A stretch of 40,344 bases of DNA, from the NCBI GenBank assembly GCA_049999805.1, contig JBNGIO010004048.1, positions 1 through 40,344 of the forward strand. The letters run 5' to 3'. The notes beneath the pieces were generated by a model. It was not told the DNA's origin. It saw nothing but the letters and a program-made list of their open reading frames with translations, and made no database searches. The position numbers and the translations under genes are program-made. This DNA comes from Folioceros fuciformis. Its lineage: Eukaryota. This document shows, one piece after another, positions 12,258 through 25,860 of this stretch (position 1 is the stretch's first letter; each line of letters opens with the position of its first letter).

Positions 12258-14742
12258 ATGGCGTTGTCTCCAGCGACGAGGGATGTTTCTGTGCGCAAGG
12301 CTGAGACCACGTCGTCTGCACCGTTATCAACGTCCTCCAAGAAATCGGTTTTGCCACAGCTCGACCACCACCCGGAGAGCAGAGTCTCTGAGTCAGTAGC
12401 TCGTCGCGCAGCCTGGTTGGGTAAATGGATCATGGCGCACCGACCCACCAGGGCATCGGCAGCGAAATGGGTGAAAAGGAGAACACACTTTCACACCCTC
12501 CATGCAGCGTGCTTTGCGTTTCTCATCGTGCTGGCAACCTTTGCATTGTGGCTGTCCCCGAAACAGGCCAGCATCTCGTTCGTGGATGCGCTGTATAACG
12601 CAACATCAGCTGTGTGCGTGACGGGGTTGATGAGCATCGACATTCGAGCCTTCTCCGTGTTCGATCAGTTCGTGATCGTGCTCTCTATGCTTCTGGGCAG
12701 TCACATCGTCGCCTCCATGGTTCCTCTCTACGTGCGACGGTCTTACCTCAGCACGGTGCTGCGAGACTGCCGATGCCACCGCCCCAAGGAGTCGTCCCGG
12801 AAAGATCAAATTTCGCCCACCGATTCTCACGGAATCCCCGCCTCGCCACCTCGTTCGAATTCCAACGAAGAAGGTATCAAACACGTCACAGATTCACTCC
12901 CGCAAGACAACACCAGCCAGGACCCCGAGCCCGCGAATGCTGCGAGAGCATGGAAGCAGGAGCACGTGGCGATCAGCATGGAGGCTCTCCGAGCCCTGGA
13001 AGGAGGCAAGTGCAACCATGACGGCACCATATCGGAGCACAGCTTGCGCATGCTGGGCTCCGAGTGCCCCTCCGACTCCATATGCGCAAGGCGGCATCTG
13101 GAGCACAGAGCGCTCACCACGCTGGGATGGCTGGTGCCTTTCTACTTCCTTGGTGTTCAGGTGCTGGGATTCGCGGTGGTGCAGCTGTGCGTGTGGAATG
13201 GCCGTGCGGTGTACAGGATCGTGGAGGAGGACAACCGCGTGCAGCAAACAGTCTACTCTGTCTTTTCTTCGGCGTCGGCATTCACCAATGCCGGGTTCTC
13301 CCTCCTGGAGGACTCCATGGTGCCGTTGCAGACGTCTGGGTCCTTCCTCCTCGTAGTCTACGGGTTGCTCATCCTGCTGGGCAACACCATGTTCCCCCCG
13401 GCTCTAAGGCTGCTCATCTCTGTGCATCACAAATGGGCAAAGGGATCAAGCAAGCACGTCTACCAGTACCTGCTAGACCATCCCCGGGACTGCTACACGC
13501 ATCTCTTCCCACTTCGAGAAACCGTGTGGCTTGTCGTCACGGTGACGAGCTTCAATGCTTTGGAAATCTGCGTCTTCTGCGTACTGGAATGGCGATCCAA
13601 GGTCAGGGAGAACATCATCTCTCCGCCCGTTTCCACATCGCCTCTCTACCATGTGTCACACTTGATGGGTTGAATCCTCACCCCCTACAATGGCGTTGGT
13701 GCTCGTGGGTTGTGGGTACAGGCATTCAACCAGGATGATTCGGCGGGAGACAAGCTTCTGGCGGGGGCGTTCCAGTCGGTGAATTCACGAACTGCAGGCA
13801 TGAATGTGGTGGATCTCGTCGACCTCACGCCTCCCATGCTGGTCTTGTACCTGGGAATGATGTCAGTAAGCTGGCCTTTTCCTCGCGACTTTGCTCTGCT
13901 TGCTGCCAGTGGGACTTAAAGTCACGGGAATATGACTGGCCTCTTCCTTGCTTCCTTCGCCGCTCGGCATGATTCTGCAGGTACCTTGCCGCCTACCCTC
14001 TCTTCATCTTTCGGGAGAGTACAAGCTCGAACGAGTCGTCTCACGGGAATTCGCACGCCAGCTTGTTGCAACAAAGCCACGCTTGGGAGTCTGACGCCTG
14101 CCCCGACAGCAACCTGGTTCTCGTTTCCCGTCGCCTGGTAGCTCGGGATTCGGTTTTCCTCTTCATCTCTGTGTTTCTCGTCTGCCTGGTGGATAATCGG
14201 CGGATGCAGGAAGACCCTGTGAATTTTTCCATGTTCAATATCATGTTCGAGGTGATAAGGTATTCGAATGACTCGCTGCCTTCTCCTACATCTCAATGCG
14301 CTTTCTCGAATGTGAGCTGAAGCAAATGCCGGGAGGGATGATTAACTCAAGGTTCGATCTGTTCAGTGCGTATTCGAATGTGGGACTCTCGGTTGGGTAC
14401 AGCTGCAATCGAAGAACCTCGCTTTCTGCATCCCCTTGCACAGACGTTCAGTATAGTTTTTCCGGCAAATGGAGGGCCTTGAACAAGGTAGTCCTTGTGG
14501 TTGTCATGTTCGTAGGAAGGCACCGGGGATTACCGGATAACTCCGATCGAGCTATCAGGCTACCATCACACTTGAGTCACGGGCCAGCTGAAAACAAGGC
14601 TAGGAAAAGGAGCTGGTTCAGATTCACAGACCAGCTACTGTTGCCCAAGTCTACTCCCTCCCTTCCTTACATGGAGGATACCAGAGACGCTGAGGAACCC
14701 CTCAGCCTGGCTAGCAATGCTGGTGCGGAACTGAAGCAATAG
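12258..14742 (+). CDS. HKT: HKT/Trk-family K+/Na+ transporter, about 712 aa. Exons 12258-13601, 13722-13861, 13981-14259, 14367-14742
   Basis: Four pore loops: ATSAVCVTGL, SAFTNAGF, FQSVNSRTAGM, EVIS|AYSNVGLSVGY. Also LLGNTMFP, YLLDHPRDCYTHLFP, MM|YL, FSGKW...KVVLVVVMFVGRHRGLP. Introns are GT-AG and keep the frame. The start codon is the first in-frame ATG; an upstream exon is possible. Confidence 0.93.
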
Positions 14743-14884
14743 GACAAGGAAGGGCAGCGCTTCAAACGTAACCTCGGGAATCAGAGAAGAATTACAGGCG
14801 AGGCGCTGCCATTGCAACGCATCCAACCCCATTAGGCCAACACATCCAACAATCATGCCCTTTTGTCACAAACGAGTGTATCTA

Positions 14885-15021
14885 TCATGCCAAAGGCGTT
14901 CAAACATTACATCCAACTCTCATAACCAGGTGTGTCATGCCTACAGCGTTCACCTATTGCATCAACTCTCGCAACCAGGAGAATCATGCCCACCGCGTTC
15001 CACAATTACATCCAACTCTCA
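14885..15021. repeat. Degenerate ~50-bp tandem repeat, 3 copies, downstream of HKT
   Basis: tcatgcc....gcgttc....tt(a/g)catc(c)aactctc units start at 14885, 14935 and 14984. Confidence 0.75.
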
Positions 15022-15848
15022 AAATAACAGCATCATAACCAACAAAAGTATCTTCAGGACTTTGTGTGTGGAAGACTGTTGTGGTGTCATAGGCTCAGAT
15101 GCCACCCACGTAAAGACCACCACAGGCATGGACGCAAATGCTTTCTGTCCATATTTACAGCAGGTATGCTCCCAATGCGTCCCACCAAGAATTAGGACAA
15201 CGACAACAGGCTTGACATCCACCATACAGAGCAGCAGCACAAAAGGAACCAACAAGTGGCAAAGACGAGACCTCGAGTATTGTACAACAGATAGTTGAGG
15301 CAGTAGAAGATCTATTCCTCAGAGTCTAGCTTGCTGCACCACCAGCCGTTTTGACAGCACAAAAAGATGCTCGATATCGATGGCCCAACTTGACCTCGCA
15401 TAACAACATCAAAGTCATGTACCCCAGAGTGCAGGCAATTGCCGAACAACAGCCACGTCAAGCAACCTCCTACAACGAGAACGATGGTCACCGTCTCCAA
15501 GCTCATGACGCGTGCACGTCTGCAAGACATGAACTCTCAACCCTCACGTTTATGAGGGCGGCACTCTTTGCATCGCACACAATTACGAGCTAGAAAAACA
15601 TCGAAGAGAATAACGAGTCACAAACGCCTGTTAATACTTCCGATTAGGGTAGCAAAATTTGTCAACAACCAAGCCCGCAACAGGGCATCCACCTATCCCA
15701 CTACTTTGAATTCCATTCCCGTAGCACTGAATTAAAGAGCTCCCTAACTTCCTCGGAATTTCATTGAGCTGCTGCAGCTCCAATCCACGCCACGACTCCC
15801 ATGTTACAAGTTACAGAGCCAGAAGTCCAGAGAAGGAGAACTCTGTCA

Positions 15849-16387
<539 letters not shown>

Positions 16388-17461
16388 GGCTGCAGCCTGT
16401 GGAAGCGCTAGCCGAGCGAATCAGAAGGCACGACTTCGGGGGAACAAGCCGCGAGCTCGACGTCACGTGGTGCGGGCTCGAAAGACAGGGCACGCAGCTA
16501 TAGACTACACAACTTCTATGCACAAGGATATATAGACCAAACCTAAGTACGTAAACCCGTAAGGTCCCCCCCACTACCGCTAACTGGCCAAGCAGCTAGG
16601 TGCTCCAGTAAGTAACTACTTATTAGGTTCGCATTGATTAACCTTCCATAAAGAATGAAGAAAATAGGGAAAGCCGGGTAGGTCCATGAATTGATAGAAA
16701 TGGAAGGAAACAAGGGAAGCCATGTATCTACACCAGACCTTAAAAGAAAGGTGGGGTTTAAAGTTGGAATATAATATAATATGATATTCTTTATTTAAAT
16801 TATTATTATTTAAAGTATTTTTCTAAAATAATACACTTCACATAGTAATTCTAGTGAGCTCTAAGCTAAGAGTGGTATGCAGCAGCATAGACTATAACAT
16901 CTACTTATCTAGTTTAGTATGAAGACCTTTTTTTTGGAACATTTTTCAACTTCTTTGATAGAAGTAGGATTTTTTTTTCTTGTAGCAGAGAAGACTATGT
17001 TTTGATTCTACCATGGTCACCAACTTTCTCCAAAAATGCAATGTTTGATGCTCACAACAACATAGTAGTAGTCCACACCATCTTTGTGCCTGAACCCATA
17101 CATGGAGAAATTATCAGAAAACCGGGATTATTGGATACTTGACTACGATGGTAAACCACATTGTAATGAAGATCAAGACTAGATGTAACATGGAGATGTT
17201 ATTCCTTACTAACAAGTGAAGCATGAAGTTATTGGTCTTGAAGTGTTTTGAGGTGTGTTATCTCTTTCCATACAAATGTAGGGTTGTACTTCAAAATGTG
17301 TGAAGCATTTGGGGGCGTCATTGAGACACTTATGCGGAGTTAACATCAAAAAGGCTCGAAAGAGAAGGGATTCACAAAAGCAACAACGAGCTAATACTCA
17401 TGTAGACCCACTTGAAGCAGAAACCCACAATACTACTAGTCTTGGAATAGAGCAAGAACAA

Positions 17462-20400
17462 ATGCCGCACAACAAGGTGCTTAACAACTTTGAATTTGAC
17501 TGCTCCATCCATGAATGTGTTTTATTAAATTATTATTATATTTGAAAGCACAGGTAACAGATTTCGATAGTGGCAAGAAGAAGAGCTTTAGAACAGTCCG
17601 AATTCATGTCACAGAAACAAGTGCCCTCCATGCTGCCCAAGCATATGAGTAAGAACAAAAGATGAGAGTTTTGTTTGTTCAAAGTGTTGTGTAGAGAAGT
17701 CAGTCTTGTATTGTACTGTTCTGCCTTCTTCTAATGCTTGCACAAAGAAAGATGTGTGTTGCTAATTAATGAATGAACTCTACTGTTCTTTAATTTGGTG
17801 ACAATTTTTTCAGATTTTGTAGTAATTACTTGAAGACATCGAAATATTCGTTGATAACCTTCTTGCCAGTGAATCTATTTGAACAATTTTGTAGAATGGC
17901 AAATTTGTATTTTCTATTTATAGCTGGTCTTCAATTAATTCCAGGCTTATCACCCACTAGTTGGGGGACCACTATAGCTCCTCTTTCTTTTGTTCTAGCT
18001 TTGAATGCTTTGAAGGAGGGCTATGACGAATTTCGACGACACCGGTCTGACAAAGAAGTAATTTTCTTCGACACATTGATCACATAAAAGCCACAGTATT
18101 CCCTACTAGTTGTATGCCAACATCTCTTAAACATAACTAGTTTAGTACAATCATATCAAGAGAAACAAGCAAGCAATAGAGTCTTGACTCACACAAGTAC
18201 TTCATTTTCCACACCAGATCAATAATCGCAAGGTGAAAGTACTAAGAAATGAAGAGTTTATCAGCATCAAATGGAAGTCTATCATAGTAGGAGATGTTCT
18301 AAAGATCGATATGGACACAGAATTTCCAGCTGACATGGTTTTCATGTCATCTTCTGACCTTCAAGGTGAGCTGAAACTTTTTAGCTTTCTGGGTCTTCAT
18401 GGGTTGCTGATCTCAACAAGACTACTACTACCTTGCCATATCTCACAGGCAAAGACTCTGATGTTGAAATTTAGGTCTTGCTTACATCGAAACAACAAAT
18501 TTGGATGGTGAAACCAACCTTAAAATACGAAATGCCTTCTACACAGGCGAAAGTGGTGATCTTTCTCTTATTATGCTATCAGGCTTGATAATTGAATGTG
18601 AGCAGCCTAATAATCGTCTTTATCAATTTGATGGGTGCGTCCTGCTTCAGGTTAATTGCAGCAGTATTGCAACAATCCCAAGGTTTTTAAGGCTTTTTTT
18701 GCTATGAAAAACCTCTAAGCTATAACTTTTGCAACTTATTTTATTTTATTTTATTTTATTTTTCTATATCATTTAGGATATTTTTTTTTATTACATCGAC
18801 ATTTTGTATTGCAGACACACGGAAAAATCCCACTCGATGTTAGTCAAATATTATTAAGAGGTGCTACATTGAGAAATACCGAGTGGGTTCTTGGCGCTGT
18901 GGTTTTCACTGGCAAAGATACCAAGCTTGTGAGAAATATGGTAGCTGCTCCTCGAAAGGTATGATTATTTATATCATTTAAAAAAAATATTTGCAAGTAT
19001 TTTTTTCCAATAATAATGAAAGTGTGATCTTTTCGTAAACGAAACCCTAAACCCTAAATGAAACAGATTTCCCAATTGGAGCGACATATGAATGTATTAG
19101 TGCCTACATTATTCCTTGTAATGTTCATATTATGTGGTTCTTTATCCTTAGGCCATGACTCTTGGCAAAAGTATCAGGAAAAACAACATCCATACTTGGC
19201 GCTTAAAACATATAAATGGCCTGAATTAAATAATGGATTTGCTGATATTTGTCTTCAATTACTTAGGTGAAATTTAAATATATATATATATATTATTTCA
19301 AAAATTATTTAACACATTATGTTATGAAATTAAGAATAAAAAGTTTTTTGTAGGTTTGTGATACTTCTAAACCAATTCATACCAATCTCCTTATATGTTA
19401 CCTTAGAATTGGTTAAAGTGATGCAGTGTTTCTTCCTTCAAAAAGATATGGAAATGTATTATCCAGAGACAAAAACTTATCCTCAAACGAGGACTTCAAA
19501 TTTAAATGAAGAGTTAGGCCAAGTTCAATATGTCTTGACGGACAAGACGGGAACCTTAACACAAAACGTAATGGCATTCGTTCAATGTTCAATAAATGGT
19601 ATTATCTACGGAAACTCAACAAACGGTAGTGAAGAAACTCAAGCTAGCATAGATCATCCCCACACTGTTCATACAATTTGTCAAGACAAAGAATTGATGA
19701 AGTTGCTTCAAACTTCGGAAGAGCTTGCACAATCAAGCTACGATTGTCGGGCTTGTCAAGCATTTTTCAACCATCTAGCTATATGCCATACGGTGGTGCC
19801 CACAGTTGATAGTGGGAGTTCCGATGTCGGAGAAATCAAGTACCAGGCTGCGTCACCTGATGAAGAAGCATTAGTCCACGTAAGTGTTTCGGGTTTAGTT
19901 GAAGTATACATCGAACAAGTTCGATATGAACTACTAATCTCCTGTTGTCATGTTTCTAATAGGGAGCTGCTATATGCGGATATGCACTTACAAAACGTAT
20001 GCCTGACGAGATAGTAATTAAACGTCAAGTAAACTGATAACTCAGATTTTTGGATGAATCACCATTTGAGTTCGAAATTGAAATCCTTGTTTTTGTAGAT
20101 CTGTAATGGTTTAATGTTTCTTCATTGTCCTTAGGGAGAATCCATAAAACACAACATCTTAGCAGTACTTGAGTTTACAAGTGAAAGAAAACGCATGAGC
20201 ATTATATGTAAAGACAAAAGAGGAAGGTAATGTCGGCATAAATTATTTTATTTATTGTAATCCCAGCATAGTTTTTATGGTAATTTATATTTTACTCTAT
20301 AATTAAAAAAATCATTGGTTTCTTTTTTTTTCTTTGTGATTATGCAGGATAAAACTTTTCTGCAAAGGAGCTGATACTGTTATCTTAAAGAGGTTATCAA

Positions 20401-23400
20401 AAGACCAAGGCTCTGTTGCTGAAGCAAGTCTTCGACATCTAGAAGATTTCGCCAGAGCTGGATATCGGACTTTATGCATTGCTGAGCGCGACGTAAGCGC
20501 ATTAATCTCGTAGATTGATACATTTTTATGCAAGTTGTTTTTGGTGGGAAATTTTCAGTTATTGCAACAAAAAAGGAGCTTAATATGTTGTAAATTTTTA
20601 TTTTGAAGATAAAAAACGAAGAGTATTCAAATTGGGCGTCACATTTTCGAGCTGCTAGTATTTCTCTCGATGATAGAGAACAAAAGGTTGCAGATGCAGC
20701 TGATTCAATCGAACGTGATTTGGTAAAAAACGTATCAAAAGATTGTTGATAATAGAGTTCTGTTATGAACATGGAAAGATTAAGGAACAATACCATTTAA
20801 AGCTAATCAAAGCGTAAAAAAACTATTGTTCAATGCTTTAAGGTTCTGTTGGGAGTTACTGCTGTTGAAGATAAACTTCAAGATGGAGTCCCAGAAACTA
20901 TCACTCTCCTTGCTCGAGCAGGCATCAAAGTGTGGGTATTGATTTACTCTTCATTTCATGCACATACATTCCGATGACTGTAGTTTGGATAACTTAAGTT
21001 GTGACATCTCAGATGCTATGTTCACACTTTAGGGGATGTAGACTTAACAAAGGAGGCATGATAAATCTTTCCTTTTATTTTATTAAAATAATAAAAATAA
21101 TTTATTAGTATTATTGAATGCCCAACTATATTCTAAAATAATGTATGTAGGTTTTAACAGGGGATAAACTAGAAACAGCTGTTTCCATTGGGTTATCATG
21201 TAACCTGCTAGTAGACTCTATGCACTTATTCTTAGTATCCGATAATGTATCACGATCCATTCCTCAAGCACTAGTTAACATGTTAAATGAAGCGAGAGAA
21301 GAAACAGAAGCTAGGATAAAGGCAGGTAATTGATAATTATGATATATTTGATAAGATGCAATAATTTCTAACAAGTTAACTTCTTTCAGTAATCTTGTTA
21401 CGGTGCACTGTGCTTCTATTTGTTCACCCAAAAGCCTCCGTTTCTATAGATTACTGATAAATCTAGCTAGAGAAACTTTGCTCAGACTTTGATACCATAA
21501 GCGGTGTTTTGTTCTCTGGTTTAACAAGTCATAGAAGTTTACTATCAAACATGCAGGTCGAAGACACAAAGAATCAAATATGGCCTTGGTTATTGAGGGC
21601 ACATCTCTTGCTGCTGCACTAGAGGAAGCCCACAAGTTGAAGTTTCTTGAGCTTTGTCAGCATTGCCGAGCAGTTGTTTGTTGCAGGGTATCACCAATTC
21701 AGAAAGCAGAAGTAAGTTGTCCTAAAGTACAAAAGATTGTTCCTTGGATCAAAGTAGGAACAAAACTTGAAGTTGTTCTTCGTGGAAACCATGTCATAGG
21801 TGACAAGGTTGATTAAGGAGCATGCAAAAGCAATAACATTAGCTATAGGAGACGGAGCCAATGATGTAGGAATGATAAAAGCTGCTCATATCGGAGTGGG
21901 TATTAGTGGGCGTGAGGGAATGGCAGCAGTTCTTGCAAGTGACTTCTCTTTTGCTCAATTTCGATATCTATCTAGATTGTTGTTGGTACATGGAAGATGG
22001 TAAGTAGACTTCTCTAAACTTGCTTCATGTTTGTGCTACATCATGTTTATTTATTAAAAAAAATCAAAATAATTTCAATCCTTTCCAGGTCATACAAAAG
22101 AAATAGAGACTTGGTCATGTACGCATTTTACAAAAACTTTGTCAATATGATGGGAAACTTTTTCCTCACTTTTGGATGTGCATATTCAGCACAACCTCTT
22201 TATCCAGCAGCTATGATATCAACCTATAATGTGTGTTGGACATCGCTACCAACCATGGCCTTTGCTGTCTTAGATCAAGATGTAAACCATAAGACTGCTA
22301 TCAATAACCCTAGTTTATATCGAGAGACACAAAGAGATAATCGGAAAAAGTTTTTTAAAAGCATGGGTTATTGGACAATGTGCTCCATATGGCACTCTGT
22401 AGTTGCATTTTTTTTTCCGGCCATTGCTATGTACAATGCTGAGTAAGTGAATAAGCTAATGGCTTTCAACATTTTGATGAACTACTCAATTGTAGATGTA
22501 GCTAATCGCTTGATTAGTTAACGTTACATTGTGTGATTTTCATGTTATTGTGTCATAGGAAGTTGGGCACTTCTGGAGGAATGATGTCAGTTGGAGTATC
22601 CACATACACCATGGCAATTTTTGTGGTGAACATAAAATTGGCAACTCGTTGTCATACTTTTAATTGGATCAATCATACTCTCCTTTGGGGGATATCGTTA
22701 ACAGCATACTTGGTATTTGGGATTGTGGTATCTTGTATGAGAAAGCTCCAATGGATGCCTGACCTGGATGGAGTTTCGCTTGTAACATACAGTAATGCAA
22801 GCTTTTGGCTAACAATATTTTTATCACCAATGGCAGCTTGCTTTCCGGATATTGCTTGGAAAGCATTTAGATTGCAAAGGCACCCTCAAGATCATGAAAT
22901 AATTTGTGAGATGGAGCATGGTTGGAGGTCTGGAATCTTTTGTAAAAGCATGATAGGAAGTGTTGCATCCACACACATCCATGAGCCGATTCAAAGGAAA
23001 TCGACCAAAAAGTATATTAATGCACATGGTGGGATCACAGCACAGTTGGAAGAAGCTATTGGCAACAGGTTGTTGTTTACTGAGAATGCTGAGGCCAAGA
23101 TTAGAATGACTACATTGATAGAATCAACTGATACTACAATAGAGATGGATGACATAAGCCCATTGCCAGCTACTCCTCCGAAAAGGCTATCTCTTGAAGA
23201 TGGTATTACTAAACCACTTCGTCGACGGCTTACTTGGAGACAGTTAGTCCAAGAGGAGGAGCAATTTGAGGATGTACAGCTTGTGCACATGACCCATCCG
23301 GAAATGATAGAAGATCCCCCAGAAGGTTCATCACGAAGAGGTAGCTCTAGCTATGTGGTGACAAGTCATCAAGATTCCAACCCAAGCTCACCATCATCTC

Positions 23401-24101
23401 CAGCTAGTCCTAATGTATTCCAACGTCCTCCATCACCCAACAAGCAATTTAAAGGATCCAAAAGATTATCGAAATTGCTTCCACCTTTGATGCCTCATAC
23501 ATCATCTGCCTCAACAGACACAGTACCACGAGGTACCCAAATCACAAAGCAATCTCCGAAATATGACATCTCAATCCCCTCACTTCCTGCTGTGTCAAGT
23601 TCATCCATATCATCTACTCTGACCTCTGTTGTTCAAATACCCAGTGCATCCATGGCCTCCATTCCTATGTCTTGTGTTCAGGCACCTAGTGCATCCACAC
23701 CCTCCACTCCTACCTCTCCTATTCAAGTACCAAGTGCCTTCACTCCTACCTCTCGTGTTTTGGCGCCTGGTGCATCCACATCCCCCACACCTACCTCTTC
23801 CATTCGAGGAGCTAGTGCCTCCACTCCTGCCTCTCATGTTCAAGCACCAAGTGCATCCACATCCCCCAGTTCTCCATCAGAGTCTCATGTTCAAGCACCA
23901 AGTGCATCGACATCCTCCACTTCTACCTCCCCTACTCAAGGAGCCAGTGCATTCACACCCTCTGGTTCTAAGAATGCTGGGCAATGGGGCTTGAGGTCAA
24001 CTATACTTTTGGACACAGATGAAGCTGTGACTATTGGAAAGATGAAGAAGGCAAAGAGCCCAAAATCACCAAACAACAACAAATCTCAACCCAAACAATA
24101 A
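17462..24101 (+). CDS. P4-type ATPase (phospholipid flippase, ALA family); 5' end uncertain. Exons ?-17476, 17554-17648, 17814-18057, 18218-18365, 18475-18650, 18815-18958, 19067-19266, 19354-19879, 19963-20028, 20135-20226, 20348-20492, 20609-20722, 20843-20935, 21151-21325, 21557-21711, 21800-21999, 22089-22442, 22559-24101
   Basis: Motifs: [124 protein letters not shown]. Splice phases were checked and are consistent. The frame is open upstream to an acceptor at 17281, so the true start may be further 5'. Confidence 0.93.
23631..23960 (+). repeat. Coding Ser/Thr/Pro-rich repeat (about 8 units of 12-17 aa, consensus VQAPSAST..) in the P4-ATPase C-terminal tail
   Basis: [111 protein letters not shown]. 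Confidence 0.85.
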
Positions 24102-25860
24102 AATTTAACACGCACTAAGAGGACAGCAACTACAACCTTAAGTAGGCCAAGCTGCACATCAAAACTATTTGTCATCATATAATTAGCTATCCAATAATAG
24201 ATTTTTTTAAAAATATAATATATCTGCAATAAATATTAGATATTTATAATACCCGTACATGATACCCGCTGTAACACGTACACACCGATGGGAGAACACG
24301 CTCACGGAACGGAACGGCTGTCACAAAGGTGATGTGCCTGATGGTACATCATCATTGGAACGGAAGTGTGGCTCCCGGAGGTGTGGCGTGCAGCAGTGAG
24401 GTGCAGGCGTGACAGCACTGCAAAGACAGGCCCCACAATCAAAGACGGAGCAGATGCACTACTCAATGGAATACAGGCACGACCAGTCCAGCACAGGTTG
24501 CGTTGGTATTTGCACTTGGACGGCGTCGACTGTCGAGGCAATGGAATCTGGTCGTACACATACCTCGGCCCCGGCCTGAGTGACGCCGTATAACTGGAGG
24601 TTAGAATTGCAAGCTTCAAGAAAAAACATGGAGTCTCACTTACTATGAGATCAGGGGGCCTCAATTGTAGCGGATGTGTCTGAAGCACGGTGTTGGAAGA
24701 GTTCAATCGAAGCGGTGTCTTGCAAGATTTGTGTGAGGGTGAGCATCACAAAAGTGTTGCATTATGCGAAGCAGTGCATGGCAAAAGTTGTTGCATGCTT
24801 GAAGCATCTGTGAACGTGCCAAGGTGCGAATTTCTTGCCATGAGGAAGGTAATGACAACGGCAACGGCAACGGCAATGGCGATGGCATTATCTCATGATT
24901 CCATCAGCTGTTCTATGCTGTGATATGCGTAGCGTGGAAGGAAGCAGAGTAGGTAGCCATTACAGAGGTAGTGCGCCAGCTTAGGTCTGCTAGTTGCGCT
25001 TCCGTAGGTCAGGTGATCAGGTCTGGCCACGGGACTGATCAACAGGGCGCCAGAAACTTGTGTCGTTATCTGTAGCTGTCCGCTCTGTAAGGCCGTGCAT
25101 CTCTGTCCCCGTTCTGCAACCTGCGATGTGATTTTTTGCTGTTGTTTGGACGGTGCGTTTCGATTTAACCTGGCCTGCGCAAATTTCGAGTCTGTTGGTA
25201 ACTGTACAGGCTCTGTCTTGCTGCTCCTACAGTAGCCCTTCCTGCTGGAGAGTCCTGACACATTCTGGACTTCTACTGACCTCTGTAGGAGTGCTCGTCC
25301 GCTCAGCCAAGTCCTTGATCTTGTCGCGCTTGCGATTCCTGGCGGGTTCGCGCGATTCCTCCCCTTCAAGTTCATACAACGGCTGCGTGATCGGGTATCC
25401 GCCCCGGCGGCGAGTGTGCCTCTGAGTTTGCAACAAGTGCAGGGCCGGATTTTGGTTTTGTGCACGCGTGCTTTGGCGGGGAGTCTTGGACTGAGATACT
25501 TGAGGCCCGTAACGGCACGCAAATTGGAGTCTGAGCACGGAGGAGGCTCTTCGGTTTGGAAATCATGCATCTGATGCGGTGTGACGGCGATATTGTAATT
25601 CTCCCGGCGCTTTCTCTTGCTATCTATCTTTTTGAGGTTTCTTGCAAGCATGCATGCAACCTCCTCCTGTTGCAATTCCCTCTATCTGATTTGTGTGAGG
25701 GTTCGGAGTTTCCAAAGTTGCTCACTAGATCATGGCGCATGTTGCGAGGCTGCCTTTGTGCAGCGTTTTCGACACATAGTTGTGCTTTGATCCTCGCAGC
25801 CTGGCACATACCAAGCAGGGGCTGACAGTAGATGTGTGTGCTTCGTGTGTGCAGACGAAA

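Noticed and set aside
19042-19058. Telomere-like aaaccctaaaccctaaa in a P4-ATPase intron
   Set aside because: Only about two units. Too short to indicate an interstitial telomere or a fusion point.
24302-25750. Minus-strand ORFs (e.g. 24893-25675, 260 aa) and scattered splice-like sites
   Set aside because: No family motifs, and I could not build a phase-consistent exon chain. Left unannotated, though a small gene cannot be excluded.
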